Source: Candidatus Sysuimicrobiota bacterium (GTDB taxonomy: Bacteria; Sysuimicrobiota; Sysuimicrobiia; Sysuimicrobiales; Sysuimicrobiaceae). From it: a stretch of 14,037 nucleotides of DNA. The DNA lies in contig PSLI01000044.1 in NCBI GenBank assembly GCA_040289515.1, positions 1 to 14,037 on the forward strand. The letters are read 5' to 3'. The notes beneath the pieces were generated by a model. That model did not search any database and had not been told where the DNA came from. It saw only the letters and a program-made list of their open reading frames with translations. This document shows, in pieces, positions 13,985-14,037 of this stretch; position 1 is the stretch's first letter, and every line of letters begins with the position of its first letter. A program made the position numbers and the translations under genes.

Positions 13985-14010
13985 GGCCGCGGCACCTGCG
14001 GGCCGCGGCC
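13985..14010. other. GC-rich 9-bp hairpin, possible terminator of an upstream minus-strand gene
   Basis: GGCCGCGGC-N8-GCCGCGGCC lies 9 nt downstream of a minus-strand TAA at 14020-14022. No adjacent U-tract. Confidence 0.3.
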
Positions 14011-14037
14011 GCGGGCGGGTTACCGCGCCAGCCGCCA

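Noticed and set aside
14020..14037. Possible 3' end of a minus-strand gene (...WRLAR-stop)
   Set aside because: Only five codons are visible, too little to call.

Overview
High-GC bacterial chromosomal window. Nearly all intact genes are on the minus strand and form the Bacillota/Clostridia-like housekeeping cluster usually found near oriC. In transcription order: TetA-like MFS transporter, thioredoxin-family protein, membrane-fused spermidine-synthase-like protein, DUF951, ychF, a small coiled-coil hypothetical, rpsF-ssb-rpsR, DUF2232 (YybS-like), rplI, a LonC-type protease, dnaB, and a Pro-rich exported or membrane-anchored hypothetical. The most notable feature is layered control of the replicative helicase. 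DnaB carries a 343-aa class-1 intein in its Walker A P-loop (GK|C...HN|T), whose LAGLIDADG endonuclease has lost both catalytic motifs and is Cys-rich. The 224-bp region upstream of dnaB holds a Gram-positive-type LexA box abutting an extended -10, plus a co-oriented cluster of DnaA-box-like 9-mers. Also present are an S6:S18-type rpsF leader, a sigma54-like promoter, a probably leaderless MFS gene, a frameshifted small membrane coiled-coil pseudogene, and a deletion scar joining remnants of two convergent genes (AmmeMemoRadiSam protein B-like and DinB-like), which creates a misleading 597-aa chimeric ORF. No CRISPR array, tRNA, rRNA or transposase was seen. Family assignments come from motif recognition by eye, not database searches.
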